From NCBI RefSeq assembly GCF_058153355.1, contig NZ_CM177019.1: a stretch of DNA of 64,000 bases; one strand, written 5' to 3'. Made by a program: the position numbers and the translations under genes. The notes beneath the pieces were generated by a model, which was not told the origin of the DNA, did not search any database, and saw only the letters and a list, made by a program, of their open reading frames with translations. Position 1 is the stretch's first letter. Each line of letters opens with the position of its first letter. Positions 34,005-48,684 of this stretch are shown here, piece after piece.

Positions 34005-35411
34005 TCAGAAGATGGTGAATGGTGCGATTACCATAAATTTCACGTCACGCTCATCCTGGAAGATGTTGCCGTAACCACCGCCCCAGCTTGGGATGTCGGA
34101 GTGGTTGTCGTATTCGGTAAAGTGCAGTTTGAACATCGTGCCTTTGGCGCGACCGTCCTGAATGGTGTAGACCGCATCCAGGCTGTACGCAGACTCTTCA
34201 ATAGTCCGGTTCTTGTCGTAGTATGCATCCGGATTGCTCTGCCAGGTAGCGGGTTTAGCATCCCATGCGTAAACGTAGGAAGCGCCGATGGCGAAGCCTG
34301 GAAGATTCCAGTTTTTCAGGTCATACATCGCACCGAAGAAGACCGCTTTTTCGCCGTTGGCGTTGAAGTCAGAACGGTTATCCCACCAGATATCCAGGCG
34401 ACCGTTCGAGGAAGCATAGGTTGGAGTCATACGTTGCAGGAAGTATCCCTGCTGACCGTCGGCTTTAACCCAGGTGCCTTCCAGACGCAAATCCACTACG
34501 TCAGCCGCCCGGTAACCAAAGGTCAACGCTTGCAGCCAGGCAGTGCCGTCGTAAAGGTCGTTGACGCTGCGATCGTCAACTTTATCGCGCGTACCGTAGA
34601 ACTGGTAGCTGGTGGTTAACGGGCTACCGGCGATATCAAATTTATAGCTGGCTTTGGCAAAATACTGATCAATATACCCTTCCGCCTGACCAAACGCCGC
34701 TTCCAGTACGAAGTTATTTTTGAAGTCGTACTTCGCCCCAAGGGAGTGTAGATAATCAACTTTGGTGGTTTTATCGTTCTGATAAAACTCATCCATTTCC
34801 AGATGCCACGGCGCTTTATATTCGTTGGTCCACATGTAGGAGAAACTCAACGCACCAGCATCGCCGTAATCAAAATTCGCCCCCGCTTCCGCCCCCTGAT
34901 AAGTACCCGGCATAAAGCTCCAGTGCGGCGCTAACAGCGTCTGACCGGTTGGCTGAATATAACCTGCCCGCGCCCACACCGGACCGTATTTAAATTTGGC
35001 CGCTGCTTTATACAGGCTTATACCGCTTTTATCGCCGGACCAGTCTTCGTCATAGGCTTTATTGCTTTTTGAAAACGCGATTTCGTTCGGGTGAGAACTG
35101 TCGCCGTTTTCCGCCATTTCAATCGCCGTAAACGCCGCAATATCAAGGCCGAACATATCAGCAGCATAACCAGACTGAAAATCGAGGTTGGCGTTCCAGG
35201 TGGAATGAGAAAGGTTGGTTTTGTATTTGTCGCCGTCGGTAACGTCTTTACGGTCGCGTTCACGCTGCCAGTAATAGATACCGCCGGTTAAGGTTGAATC
35301 GTCGATGAATCCTTCGGCGCGAGCCTCCGGCATTGCCATAAAGCCCGACATTGCTGTAACACCGGCGATAGCCAGCGCCAGCGTACTACGTTTGCCACTA
35401 AACGTACGCAT
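34005..35411 (-). CDS. chiP: Chitoporin ChiP (OprD-family outer membrane porin)
   Basis: 468 aa with signal peptide; C-terminal aromatic residue typical of beta-barrels. Confidence 0.85.
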   Translation of the reverse strand: MRTFSGKRSTLALAIAGVTAMSGFMAMPEARAEGFIDDSTLTGGIYYWQRERDRKDVTDGDKYKTNLSHSTWNANLDFQSGYAADMFGLDIAAFTAIEMAENGDSSHPNEIAFSKSNKAYDEDWSGDKSGISLYKAAAKFKYGPVWARAGYIQPTGQTLLAPHWSFMPGTYQGAEAGANFDYGDAGALSFSYMWTNEYKAPWHLEMDEFYQNDKTTKVDYLHSLGAKYDFKNNFVLEAAFGQAEGYIDQYFAKASYKFDIAGSPLTTSYQFYGTRDKVDDRSVNDLYDGTAWLQALTFGYRAADVVDLRLEGTWVKADGQQGYFLQRMTPTYASSNGRLDIWWDNRSDFNANGEKAVFFGAMYDLKNWNLPGFAIGASYVYAWDAKPATWQSNPDAYYDKNRTIEESAYSLDAVYTIQDGRAKGTMFKLHFTEYDNHSDIPSWGGGYGNIFQDERDVKFMVIAPFTIF

Positions 35412-35858
35412 GGGTTAATCCTCTTTGACGTATAAATTGCTGCACCAAAGGTGAACAGCGAAAAAAATAAAAATTAAAAAAGTAGCGTTGAGAAAAGTCT
35501 CGCTGACTACAGGAACAGACTATTTTTCGCGACGCGAATTATCAATCTCTTTCTGTAACCAGAATGTAAGAACATGAGCAACCGCACATATTTTGATGAT
35601 TTTTGTTACAAGGCTTAAGTTTGCAGTTGAAAGGCTTGCAGAAGAATAAAAGCGTGAATTTCCAGCAAGATGAAAACGGTTACATTTTATTTAATTATGG
35701 TTTGTGATTTTAAATTTGTTTTATGGATAAATTGCGAAGCGGAATTAATTCGCGAAGAAAAGCAGAAAAAAACGCCGCGGAGCGCGGCGTTTGGGTTTGT
35801 TTGCTATTTCTTGCCGGATGCGACGTAAACGCCTCACCCGGCCTGGTAGAACTTAAAA

Positions 35859-37523
35859 TTACTCGCCTACTTTCGCCCAGGTATCACGCAGCCCAACGGT
35901 GCGGTTAAATACCGGTTTTTCCGCCGTAGAATGGCGGCTGTCGAGGCAGAAATAACCTTCACGCTCAAACTGGAATGCTTTGCCCGCTACCGCGTCTTTC
36001 AGCGACGGTTCAGCAAAGCCCTGTTTGATCACCAGCGATTCCGGGTTAATCACCGACAGGAAATCATCCGCAGCACCTGGGTTCGGCACGCTGAACAGAC
36101 GATCATACAGACGAATTTCTACCGGCAACGCATGTGCCGCGCTCACCCAGTGAATAACACCTTTTACTTTACGACCATCTGCCGGATCTTTGCTTAAGGT
36201 GTCAGCATCATAAGTACAGAAGATAGTGGTGATATTGCCTTCGGCATCTTTCTCCACGCGCTCTGCCTTAATAACGTAAGCATTACGCAGACGCACTTCT
36301 TTACCCAGCACCAGACGCTTGTACTGCTTGTTAGCTTCTTCGCGGAAATCAGCGCGATCGATCCAAATCTCACCGCTGAATGGCACCTGACGGCTGCCCA
36401 TTTCCGGTTTGTTCGGATGGTTCGGCATGGTGACCATTTCGCCTTCGCCCTGATAGTTTTCGATAACCAGTTTCACCGGATCGATAACCGCCATTGCGCG
36501 CGGGGCGTTTTCGTTGAGATCTTCACGAATGCAGGATTCCAGCGACGCCATCTCAATGGTGTTGTCCTGCTTGGTCACGCCAATGCGTTTGCAGAACTCA
36601 CGAATAGAAGCCGCCGTGTAACCACGACGACGCAGACCGGAAATAGTCGGCATACGCGGATCATCCCAGCCTTCAACGTGCTTGTCGGTCACCAGCAGGT
36701 TCAGCTTACGCTTGGACATCACGGTGTATTCCAGATTCAGGCGCGAGAATTCGTACTGGCGCGGGTGAACAGGAATGGTGATGTTGTCCAGTACCCAGTC
36801 GTACAGACGACGGTTGTCCTGGAACTCAAGCGTACACAGAGAGTGCGTAATACCTTCCAGCGCATCGCTGATGCAGTGTGTGAAGTCGTACATCGGGTAG
36901 ATGCACCACTTGTTGCCAGTCTGGTGGTGTTCAGCAAATTTAATGCGGTACAGCACCGGATCGCGCATTACGATAAATGGCGACGCCATGTCGATTTTCG
37001 CACGCAGGCAGGCTTTACCTTCTTCAAAACCGCCGGTACGCATTTTTTCGAACAGCGCCAGGTTCTCTTCAACGCTACGGTCGCGGTACGGGCTGTTTTT
37101 ACCCGGCTGAGTCAGGGTGCCGCGGTATTCGCGGATCTGTTCCGGTGTCAGTTCATCAACGTACGCCAGGCCTTTATTGATCAGTTCGATCGCATAGGCG
37201 TGGAGCTGATCAAAATAATCGGAGGAGTAACGGACGTTACCAGACCAGTGAAAACCTAACCACTCAACGTCGTTTTTGATCGACTCAACATACTCGATAT
37301 CTTCTTTTACCGGGTTAGTGTCGTCGAAACGCAGGTTGCACTGGCCTTTATAGTCCTGGGCGATCCCGAAGTTCAGGCAGATAGATTTCGCATGCCCAAT
37401 ATGCAGATAGCCATTCGGCTCCGGCGGGAAACGGGTGTGTACTGTGGTGTGCTTACCACTGGCCAGATCTTCATCGATGATCTGACGAATAAAGTTAGTC
37501 GGGCGGGCTTCTGCCTCACTCAT
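35859..37523 (-). CDS. glnS: Glutaminyl-tRNA synthetase
   Basis: 554 aa; class I HIGH motif (HIGH) and KMSKS-like (VMSKR). Confidence 0.95.
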   Translation of the reverse strand: MSEAEARPTNFIRQIIDEDLASGKHTTVHTRFPPEPNGYLHIGHAKSICLNFGIAQDYKGQCNLRFDDTNPVKEDIEYVESIKNDVEWLGFHWSGNVRYSSDYFDQLHAYAIELINKGLAYVDELTPEQIREYRGTLTQPGKNSPYRDRSVEENLALFEKMRTGGFEEGKACLRAKIDMASPFIVMRDPVLYRIKFAEHHQTGNKWCIYPMYDFTHCISDALEGITHSLCTLEFQDNRRLYDWVLDNITIPVHPRQYEFSRLNLEYTVMSKRKLNLLVTDKHVEGWDDPRMPTISGLRRRGYTAASIREFCKRIGVTKQDNTIEMASLESCIREDLNENAPRAMAVIDPVKLVIENYQGEGEMVTMPNHPNKPEMGSRQVPFSGEIWIDRADFREEANKQYKRLVLGKEVRLRNAYVIKAERVEKDAEGNITTIFCTYDADTLSKDPADGRKVKGVIHWVSAAHALPVEIRLYDRLFSVPNPGAADDFLSVINPESLVIKQGFAEPSLKDAVAGKAFQFEREGYFCLDSRHSTAEKPVFNRTVGLRDTWAKVGE

Positions 37524-37696
37524 CGCGGATTCCTCAAAGCGTAAACAACGTATAACGGCGTATGATCTTATAAGCGGGACAGGCTGACAACTGTTAGTTA
37601 GTGAAAATCGAAAATCTCACTGAGATTATGGGGATGATTGATGAAAAAAAAAGCGGCAGAGAAGATCTCCACCGCTTCTGCCAGTCCTGCGTCATT

Positions 37697-37780
37697 GTTG
37701 GATGCGACGCTTAAGCGTCTTATCCAACCTGGACTGAGCTTTTGTAGGCCTGATAAGACGCGTCATGCGTCGCATCAGGC
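37697..37780. repeat. REP/BIME cluster between glnS and nagE
   Basis: Two inverted REP units (gttggatgcgacgcttaagcgtcttatccaacc; gtaggcctgataagacgcgtcatgcgtcgcatcaggc). Confidence 0.8.
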
Positions 37781-37790
37781 ATGAAGCAGA

Positions 37791-39737
37791 TTACTTTTTG
37801 ATTTCATACAGCGGCGTTTGACCCGCCACAACATGACCCTGAGCTTTAATGATAAGGCCGCTGAAATCGTCGATATTGCTGCAAACCACCGGGCTAATCA
37901 TCGAACGGGCGTTAGCGTTCAGGTAATCCAGATCCATTTCCAGAATCGGTTGCCCTGCGCTTACTTGCGCCCCCTCTTCCACCAGACGTTTAAAGCCTTT
38001 GCCTTCCAGCGCTACGGTGTCGATACCCATATGGACGACAATCTCAGCGCCTTTTTCGGTTTCCAGGCAGAACGCGTGATTGGTGTTGAAGATTTTCACG
38101 ATTGTCCCTGCGGCTGGCGATACGACGATTTTATCCGTCGGTTTCACCGCCACACCGTCACCCACCGCTTTGCTGGCAAATGCTTCGTCAGGAACCTGAT
38201 CCAGCGCCACAACATCACCGGTAATCGGCGATACCAGCTCCGCGACAGACACCGCGTTTGGTACAGCCTGCGGTTTTGCTACAGGCGCGGCAGTTACAGG
38301 CGCAGTTTCAGCTGACGCAGCGGCTACCGGACCACGGGCAACAACTTTCTTCATTGCATCGCCAATGGATTCCGCTTTCGCGCCAACAATCACCTGAATA
38401 GTCTGTTTGTTCAGTTTCACTACCCCAGAAGCACCCAGACGTTTACACATCGTATCGTTAACGCGGGCAGAGTCAGCCACGGTCAGACGCAGACGGGTGA
38501 TACAGGCGTCAATCGCTTTCAGGTTGTCAGTACCGCCAACCGCAGCAATATAGTTGGTCGCCAGTTGAGTCAGGCCTTCCTCGGTATTGCTGTTGGCTTC
38601 TTCAGTAACGATCTCGTCTTCTTTATCTTCGCGACCCGGCGTTTTCAGATTGAACATGCGGATAACCACACTGAACACCACGAAGTAGATAGCGAAGAAC
38701 ACAACCCCCATCACCAGCAGCATCCAGACGTTCTGGCTGGCGGCCGGCAGGTTATACATCAACGCGTAGTCGATAGCCCCCGCAGAGAAGGAGAAGCCAG
38801 CATGGATACCCAGCAGCGTTGCCACAAACAGGCTGATACCCGTCAGCAGTGCGTGCAGGAGGTACAGCAGCGGTGCAAGGAACATGAACAGGAATTCCAG
38901 CGGCTCAGTCACACCGGTCAGGAACGCAGTAACAGCAACAGAAAGCAGCATACCGCCAACCATCGGACGACGCTCTTTCGGTGCTGCGAAGTACATCGCC
39001 AGCGCCGCGCCCGGCAGACCGAACATCATAATCGGGAAGAAGCCGGACATGAACATCCCCGCGGTGCCGTCACCGGCATAGAAGCGGTTAATGTCGCCGT
39101 GGAAAACCGTACCCGCCGCGTTGGTGAATTCACCAATCTGGAACCAGGCGATGGTGTTCAGCACCTGATGCAGACCGGTTGGGATCAGCAGACGGTTGAT
39201 GAAACCAAAGATACCGGAACCCAGCGCGCCCGCAGAAACGATCCATTCGCCGCCTGCATGGATAGCGTGCTGTACCGGTGGCCAGACGTAACCAAAAATG
39301 GCCGCCAGCACCAGGCAGAAGAAGCCGGTGGCGATCGGCACAAAACGTTTGCCGCCGAAGAAGCTCAGGAAGTCCGGCAGTTTAATATCGGACCAACGGT
39401 TATAGGCAGCACCACCGACCAGACCGGTAATGATACCCGCCAGTACACCCATGTTAATTTCTGGGTTGATGGTCACCATCGCTTTGGTTAACACAAAGTA
39501 ACCGACCGCACCCGCCAGCGCCGCCGCACCTGCGCTGTCTTTCGACCAGCTGGATGCCACACCGATGGCGAAGATTAATGCGAGGTTATCAAAAATCGCA
39601 CCGCCCGCCTGGGCAATAAACGCAACGTTAAGTAAATCTGGCTGACCGAATCGCAGCAACAGTGCCGCCACCGGCAGCACCGCGATAGGGAGCTGTAACG
39701 CCCTACCGAGTCGCTGGAAAAAACCTAAAATATTCAT
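37791..39737 (-). CDS. nagE: PTS N-acetylglucosamine-specific EIICBA
   Basis: 648 aa; membrane domain plus EIIB/EIIA domains. Confidence 0.9.
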   Translation of the reverse strand: MNILGFFQRLGRALQLPIAVLPVAALLLRFGQPDLLNVAFIAQAGGAIFDNLALIFAIGVASSWSKDSAGAAALAGAVGYFVLTKAMVTINPEINMGVLAGIITGLVGGAAYNRWSDIKLPDFLSFFGGKRFVPIATGFFCLVLAAIFGYVWPPVQHAIHAGGEWIVSAGALGSGIFGFINRLLIPTGLHQVLNTIAWFQIGEFTNAAGTVFHGDINRFYAGDGTAGMFMSGFFPIMMFGLPGAALAMYFAAPKERRPMVGGMLLSVAVTAFLTGVTEPLEFLFMFLAPLLYLLHALLTGISLFVATLLGIHAGFSFSAGAIDYALMYNLPAASQNVWMLLVMGVVFFAIYFVVFSVVIRMFNLKTPGREDKEDEIVTEEANSNTEEGLTQLATNYIAAVGGTDNLKAIDACITRLRLTVADSARVNDTMCKRLGASGVVKLNKQTIQVIVGAKAESIGDAMKKVVARGPVAAASAETAPVTAAPVAKPQAVPNAVSVAELVSPITGDVVALDQVPDEAFASKAVGDGVAVKPTDKIVVSPAAGTIVKIFNTNHAFCLETEKGAEIVVHMGIDTVALEGKGFKRLVEEGAQVSAGQPILEMDLDYLNANARSMISPVVCSNIDDFSGLIIKAQGHVVAGQTPLYEIKK

Positions 39738-40069
39738 CTTATTCCCCCTACGAGAACCCTATTTGGCTCGTTTAAAGCCGTATTTTTATTTTGCTGCAAA
39801 TTGTACTGCCGATGTTCTGTAATCAGATTGTTAGATCATCTGCTACAGAGTGTGTGAAAATTTAATTCGTATCGCAAATTAAACGCGTGTCTTTTGTGAG
39901 TTTTGTCACCAAATATCGTTATCATCACTCCCTTTTACTGGCTAAACCAGAAAACTTATTTTATCATTCAAAAAATCAGGTCGGATTGACGCCTGTCTGC
40001 GCAAATCCAGGTTACGCTTAAAGATGCCTAATCCGCCAACGGCTTACATTTTACTTACTGAGGTGAATA
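39738..40069. promoter_or_regulatory. Divergent nagE / nagBACD promoter region (NagC and CRP sites expected)
   Basis: 332-bp AT-rich intergenic region between divergently oriented operons; individual sites not resolved by eye. Confidence 0.5.
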
Positions 40070-42078
<2,009 letters not shown>

Positions 42079-42086
42079 GAGAAAGT

Positions 42087-43307
42087 ATGACACCAGGCGG
42101 ACAAGCTCAGATAGGTAATGTTGATCTCGTAAAACAGCTTAACAGCGCGGCGGTTTATCGCCTGATTGACCAGTATGGGCCAATCTCGCGGATTCAGATT
42201 GCCGAGCAAAGCCAGCTTGCCCCCGCCAGCGTAACAAAAATTACGCGTCAGCTTATCGAACGCGGGCTGATTAAAGAAGTTGATCAGCAGGCCTCCACCG
42301 GGGGCCGCCGCGCTATCTCTATCGTCACCGAAACCCGCAATTTCCACGCAATCGGCGTACGGCTTGGTCGTCACGACGCCACCATCACCCTGTTTGATCT
42401 CAGCAGCAAAGTGCTGGCAGAAGAACATTACCCGCTGCCAGAACGTACCCAGCAGACGCTGGAACATGCCCTGCTGAATGCCATTGCTCAGTTTATTGAT
42501 AGCTACCAGCGCAAACTGCGCGAGCTGATCGCCATTTCCGTGATCCTGCCAGGGCTTGTTGACCCGGACAGCGGCAAAATTCATTACATGCCGCATATTC
42601 AGGTGGAAAACTGGGGACTGGTAGAAGCACTGGAAGAGCGTTTTAAAGTGACCTGTTTCGTCGGTCACGATATCCGTAGTCTGGCACTGGCAGAGCACTA
42701 CTTCGGTGCAAGTCAGGATTGCGAAGATTCCATTCTGGTGCGTGTCCATCGCGGGACCGGGGCCGGGATTATCTCTAATGGGCGCATTTTTATCGGCCGC
42801 AACGGCAACGTCGGTGAAATTGGCCATATTCAGGTCGAACCGCTGGGTGAACGCTGCCACTGCGGCAACTTTGGCTGCCTGGAAACTATCGCCGCCAACG
42901 CTGCCATTGAACAACGGGTGTTGAATCTGTTAAAGCAGGGCTACCAGAGCCGTGTGCCACTGGACGACTGCACCATCAAAACTATCTGCAAAGCCGCGAA
43001 CAAAGGCGATAGCCTGGCGTCGGAAGTGATTGAGTATGTCGGTCGTCATCTGGGCAAAACCATCGCCATTGCTATCAACTTATTTAATCCGCAAAAAATT
43101 GTTATTGCCGGTGAAATCACCGAAGCCGATAAAGTGCTGCTCCCTGCTATTGAAAGCTGCATTAATACCCAGGCGCTGAAGGCGTTTCGTACTAATCTGC
43201 CGGTGGTACGTTCTGAGCTGGATCACCGCTCGGCAATCGGCGCTTTTGCGCTGGTAAAACGCGCCATGCTCAACGGTATTTTGCTCCAGCATTTGCTGGA
43301 AAATTAA
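42087..43307 (+). CDS. nagC: ROK-family transcriptional repressor NagC
   Basis: 406 aa; N-terminal helix-turn-helix and ROK domain with CxCGxxGC. Confidence 0.9.
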   Translation: MTPGGQAQIGNVDLVKQLNSAAVYRLIDQYGPISRIQIAEQSQLAPASVTKITRQLIERGLIKEVDQQASTGGRRAISIVTETRNFHAIGVRLGRHDATITLFDLSSKVLAEEHYPLPERTQQTLEHALLNAIAQFIDSYQRKLRELIAISVILPGLVDPDSGKIHYMPHIQVENWGLVEALEERFKVTCFVGHDIRSLALAEHYFGASQDCEDSILVRVHRGTGAGIISNGRIFIGRNGNVGEIGHIQVEPLGERCHCGNFGCLETIAANAAIEQRVLNLLKQGYQSRVPLDDCTIKTICKAANKGDSLASEVIEYVGRHLGKTIAIAINLFNPQKIVIAGEITEADKVLLPAIESCINTQALKAFRTNLPVVRSELDHRSAIGAFALVKRAMLNGILLQHLLEN

Positions 43308-43354
43308 TGTGCTTTTATAGTGGCGCTTATTGTTGTCAATATTCTGGGTAGTCC

Positions 43355-44107
43355 ATGACCATTAAAAATGTAATTTGCGATATCGACGGCGTGCTGATGC
43401 ACGATAACGTCGCCGTACCGGGTGCAGCGGAATTTTTGCACGGGATTATGGATAAAGGCCTGCCGCTGGTGTTGCTGACCAACTATCCTTCGCAGACCGG
43501 GCAAGATCTGGCGAACCGCTTTGCCACTGCGGGTGTCGATGTGCCGGACAGCGTGTTTTATACCTCCGCGATGGCGACCGCCGATTTCCTGCGTCGCCAG
43601 GAAGGTAAGAAAGCGTATGTGGTGGGCGAAGGCGCACTGATTCATGAACTGTACAAAGCCGGTTTCACTATTACCGATGTGAACCCTGATTTTGTGATTG
43701 TTGGCGAAACGCGTTCCTACAACTGGGACATGATGCATAAAGCAGCCTATTTCGTCGCTAACGGTGCACGCTTTATCGCCACCAACCCGGACACCCACGG
43801 GCGCGGTTTTTATCCGGCCTGTGGCGCGCTATGCGCGGGGATCGAAAAAATCTCCGGACGTAAACCGTTCTATGTTGGTAAGCCGAGTCCGTGGATCATC
43901 CGCGCAGCATTAAACAAAATGCAGGCGCATTCGGAAGAAACGGTGATTGTCGGCGATAACTTGCGCACCGACATTCTGGCGGGCTTCCAGGCCGGTCTGG
44001 AGACGATTCTGGTGCTTTCTGGTGTTTCATCGCTCGACGATATCGACAGTATGCCGTTCCGCCCAAGCTGGATTTACCCGTCAGTCGCTGAAATCGACGT
44101 TATCTGA
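43355..44107 (+). CDS. nagD: HAD-family UMP phosphatase NagD (UmpH)
   Basis: 250 aa; HAD motif I (CDIDGVL). Confidence 0.9.
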   Translation: MTIKNVICDIDGVLMHDNVAVPGAAEFLHGIMDKGLPLVLLTNYPSQTGQDLANRFATAGVDVPDSVFYTSAMATADFLRRQEGKKAYVVGEGALIHELYKAGFTITDVNPDFVIVGETRSYNWDMMHKAAYFVANGARFIATNPDTHGRGFYPACGALCAGIEKISGRKPFYVGKPSPWIIRAALNKMQAHSEETVIVGDNLRTDILAGFQAGLETILVLSGVSSLDDIDSMPFRPSWIYPSVAEIDVI

Positions 44108-44180
44108 ATACCACCCACGTCTGCGGACGTGGTTGGCTCTGATGACAAACGCCAAACTGCCTGATGCGCTACGCTTATCA

Positions 44181-45407
<1,227 letters not shown>

Positions 45408-45783
45408 CATGCCTGCAATCTGGGAAACCGGGGTAGAAAAAAACTTGCAGGCCATAACAGTATCTACGCAGCTCCTGCAATATATTGAATTTTCATGCTT
45501 TTGTAGGCAGGATAAGGCGTTCACGCCGCATCCGGCATGAACAAATCGCACTTTGTCAGCAATTTGGCCCCCGTAAAATATAACCATTTAATAAAACCCG
45601 CTAAAAATTATCGATTCATCAATAAATACATCCTCACACCAGACCTTTTTTCACCAATCGACAATCACCATTACGTTTTTTATTCCCCCCCTGCCAAATC
45701 GCTTGCGCACAGTGCTGCTTTGCGGCATTTTTTTAAACAAGCAAACACAACAAGCAACAAATACCAGGTTAACGGAGAAGGTT

Positions 45784-47448
45784 ATGTGTTCAATTTTTGG
45801 CGTATTCGATATCAAAACAGACGCAGTTGAGCTGCGTAAGAAAGCACTCGAGCTGTCACGCCTGATGCGTCATCGTGGCCCGGACTGGTCCGGTATTTAT
45901 GCCAGCGATAACGCCATTCTCGCCCACGAACGTCTGTCCATTGTTGACGTTAACGCGGGGGCGCAACCTCTCTACAACCAACAAAAAACGCATGTGCTGG
46001 CGGTAAACGGTGAAATCTACAACCACCAGGCATTGCGCGCTGAATATGGCGATCGTTACCAGTTCCAGACCGGGTCTGACTGTGAAGTGATCCTCGCGCT
46101 GTATCAGGAAAAAGGGCCGGAATTTCTCGACGATTTGCAGGGCATGTTCGCTTTTGCCCTGTACGACAGCGAAAAAGATGCGTATCTGATTGGTCGCGAC
46201 CATCTGGGGATCATCCCACTGTATATGGGCTATGACGAACATGGTCAGCTGTATGTGGCCTCAGAAATGAAAGCCCTGGTGCCGGTATGCCGCACGATTA
46301 AAGAGTTCCCGGCGGGGAGCTATTTGTGGAGTCAGGACGGCGAAATCCGTTCTTATTATCACCGCGACTGGTTCGACTACGATGCGGTGAAAGATAACGT
46401 GACCGACAAAAACGAGCTGCGTCAGGCGCTGGAAGATTCCGTTAAAAGCCATCTGATGTCTGACGTGCCTTACGGTGTGCTGCTTTCTGGTGGTCTGGAT
46501 TCCTCAATTATTTCCGCGATCACCAAGAAATACGCCGCCCGTCGCGTGGAAGATCAGGAACGCTCTGAAGCCTGGTGGCCGCAGCTGCACTCCTTTGCTG
46601 TAGGTCTGCCGGGTTCACCGGATCTGAAGGCAGCCCAGGAAGTGGCAAACCATCTGGGCACTGTGCATCATGAAATTCACTTCACTGTACAGGAAGGTCT
46701 GGATGCCATCCGCGATGTTATTTACCACATCGAAACCTATGACGTGACGACTATCCGCGCTTCAACGCCGATGTATTTAATGTCGCGTAAGATCAAGGCG
46801 ATGGGCATTAAAATGGTGCTGTCCGGTGAAGGTTCTGATGAAGTGTTTGGCGGTTATCTCTACTTCCACAAAGCACCAAACGCCAAAGAGCTACATGAAG
46901 AGACGGTGCGTAAACTGCTGGCCCTGCATATGTATGATTGCGCGCGTGCCAACAAAGCGATGTCAGCCTGGGGCGTGGAAGCGCGCGTTCCGTTCCTCGA
47001 CAAGAAATTCCTCGACGTGGCAATGCGTATTAACCCACAGGATAAAATGTGCGGTAACGGCAAAATGGAAAAACACATCCTGCGTGAATGTTTTGAAGCG
47101 TATCTGCCTGCAAGCGTGGCCTGGCGGCAGAAAGAGCAGTTTTCCGATGGCGTCGGTTACAGTTGGATAGACACTCTGAAAGAAGTGGCGGCGCAGCAGG
47201 TTTCTGATCAACAACTGGAAACTGCCCGTTTCCGCTTCCCGTACAACACGCCGACCTCAAAAGAAGCGTATCTGTACCGGGAGATCTTTGAAGAACTGTT
47301 CCCGCTACCGAGCGCCGCTGAGTGTGTACCGGGCGGCCCGTCCGTCGCGTGTTCTTCCGCTAAAGCGATTGAATGGGATGAGGCGTTCAAGAAAATGGAC
47401 GATCCGTCTGGTCGTGCGGTTGGCGTTCACCAGTCGGCCTATAAGTAA
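45784..47448 (+). CDS. asnB: Asparagine synthetase B (glutamine-hydrolysing)
   Basis: 554 aa from MCSIFGVFDIK (N-terminal nucleophile Cys2); maximal ORF over-extends. Confidence 0.9.
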   Translation: MCSIFGVFDIKTDAVELRKKALELSRLMRHRGPDWSGIYASDNAILAHERLSIVDVNAGAQPLYNQQKTHVLAVNGEIYNHQALRAEYGDRYQFQTGSDCEVILALYQEKGPEFLDDLQGMFAFALYDSEKDAYLIGRDHLGIIPLYMGYDEHGQLYVASEMKALVPVCRTIKEFPAGSYLWSQDGEIRSYYHRDWFDYDAVKDNVTDKNELRQALEDSVKSHLMSDVPYGVLLSGGLDSSIISAITKKYAARRVEDQERSEAWWPQLHSFAVGLPGSPDLKAAQEVANHLGTVHHEIHFTVQEGLDAIRDVIYHIETYDVTTIRASTPMYLMSRKIKAMGIKMVLSGEGSDEVFGGYLYFHKAPNAKELHEETVRKLLALHMYDCARANKAMSAWGVEARVPFLDKKFLDVAMRINPQDKMCGNGKMEKHILRECFEAYLPASVAWRQKEQFSDGVGYSWIDTLKEVAAQQVSDQQLETARFRFPYNTPTSKEAYLYREIFEELFPLPSAAECVPGGPSVACSSAKAIEWDEAFKKMDDPSGRAVGVHQSAYK

Positions 47449-47826
47449 GAAAGGCGGTACTGCCCCGGAGAAATCCGGGGCTGTTTCAGTTATTGAGCTG
47501 CTTGTTGATTCTCATATGCAGTAAGGAAATGTTCCGGGTTTGCCACATCACTGTTTGACAACTCATCACTGTAGGCCAGTACTTCATAGATTAATTTCCT
47601 ACCACTATTGTTGAATTCCGAATTTCATCCTGTATGACAAAAGAATGGCTGTAGGGTGGGGAAAAAACACAAAGTAAACAATAATTGACGAATATAGCGC
47701 CACGCTGTTCGCAACCTAACCAAACAGTCACTTTCGAGCAATTTTCCTTGAAAAAGAGGTTGACGCTGCAAGGCTCTATACGCATAATGCGCCCCGCAAC
47801 GCCGATAAGGTATCGCGAAAAAAAGA

Positions 47827-47903
47827 TGGCTACGTAGCTCAGTTGGTTAGAGCACATCACTCATAATGATGGGGTCACAGGTTCGAATCCCGTCGTAGCC
47901 ACC
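47827..47903 (+). tRNA. metT: tRNA-Met (elongator, anticodon CAU)
   Basis: 77-nt cloverleaf ggctacgtagctcag...ctCATaa...gtagccacca. Confidence 0.9.
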
Positions 47904-47911
47904 ATCTTTTT

Positions 47912-47996
47912 TGCGGGAGTGGCGAAATTGGTAGACGCACCAGATTTAGGTTCTGGCGCCGCAAGGTGTGCGAGTTCAAGTCTCGCCTCCCGCACC
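47912..47996 (+). tRNA. leuW: tRNA-Leu (anticodon UAG)
   Basis: 85-nt sequence with long variable arm, ends ...cccgcacca. Confidence 0.85.
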
Positions 47997-48019
47997 ATTC
48001 ACCAGAAAGCGTTGTACGG

Positions 48020-48094
48020 ATGGGGTATCGCCAAGCGGTAAGGCACCGGTTTTTGATACCGGCATTCCCTGGTTCGAATCCAGGTACCCCAGCC
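48020..48094 (+). tRNA. glnU: tRNA-Gln (anticodon UUG)
   Basis: 75-nt tggggtatcgccaagcggtaaggcaccggtttTTGat... Confidence 0.9.
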
Positions 48095-48129
48095 ATCTTC
48101 TTCGAATAAGCGGTTCACCGCCCGGTTAT

Positions 48130-48204
48130 TGGGGTATCGCCAAGCGGTAAGGCACCGGTTTTTGATACCGGCATTCCCTGGTTCGAATCCAGGTACCCCA
48201 GCCA
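48130..48204 (+). tRNA. glnW: tRNA-Gln (anticodon UUG), tandem copy
   Basis: Identical to the 48020-48094 copy. Confidence 0.9.
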
Positions 48205-48219
48205 TCGAAGAAACAATCT

Positions 48220-48296
48220 GGCTACGTAGCTCAGTTGGTTAGAGCACATCACTCATAATGATGGGGTCACAGGTTCGAATCCCGTCGTAGCCACCA
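48220..48296 (+). tRNA. metU: tRNA-Met (elongator, anticodon CAU), second copy
   Basis: Identical to the 47827-47903 copy. Confidence 0.9.
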
Positions 48297-48344
48297 AATT
48301 CTGAATGTGTCGAATGCGTTCGGCAAATTCACAAACCAATTTGT

Positions 48345-48419
48345 TGGGGTATCGCCAAGCGGTAAGGCACCGGATTCTGATTCCGGCATTCCGAGGTTCG
48401 AATCCTCGTACCCCAGCCA
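48345..48419 (+). tRNA. glnV: tRNA-Gln (anticodon CUG)
   Basis: 75-nt ...ccggattCTGattccgg... Confidence 0.9.
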
Positions 48420-48456
48420 ATTTATTCAAGACGCTTATATTGTAAGTGCACCCAGT

Positions 48457-48531
48457 TGGGGTATCGCCAAGCGGTAAGGCACCGGATTCTGATTCCGGCA
48501 TTCCGAGGTTCGAATCCTCGTACCCCAGCCA
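48457..48531 (+). tRNA. glnX: tRNA-Gln (anticodon CUG), tandem copy
   Basis: Identical to the 48345-48419 copy. Confidence 0.9.
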
Positions 48532-48540
48532 CATTAAAAA

Positions 48541-48570
48541 AACTCGCTTCGGCGAGCTTTTTGCTTTTCT
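48541..48570 (+). terminator. Rho-independent terminator closing the tRNA operon
   Basis: ctcgcttcggcgag hairpin followed by ctttttgcttttc. Confidence 0.75.
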
Positions 48571-48619
48571 GCGTATATTCAATGTCGAATGCGATGTTGA
48601 CACGTCTTATTCTTCAAAG

Positions 48620-48655
48620 TCGGATGCGACGCTGATGCGTCTTATCCGACCTACA
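48620..48655. repeat. REP element
   Basis: gtcggatgcgacgctgatgcgtcttatccgacctac. Confidence 0.75.
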
Positions 48656-48684
48656 GTTGGCATGCATCCGTCAATGTTGTAAGG

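Noticed and set aside
36417-37259. 280-aa plus-strand ORF opposite glnS
   Set aside because: Antisense shadow of glnS; no motif or start signal
38565-39491. 308-aa plus-strand ORF opposite nagE
   Set aside because: Antisense shadow ORF, His/Arg/Gln-rich, inside a well-supported membrane-protein gene
47827-48531. Possible CRISPR-like array (regular near-identical ~75-bp units with spacers)
   Set aside because: The repeat units fold as canonical tRNAs with CCA ends and anticodon loops; no cas genes nearby; spacers are not uniform in length
47875-48603. ORFs of 60-116 aa on both strands across the tRNA cluster
   Set aside because: They are translations of tRNA genes and their spacers; the repeated peptide segments simply mirror the duplicated tRNA sequences
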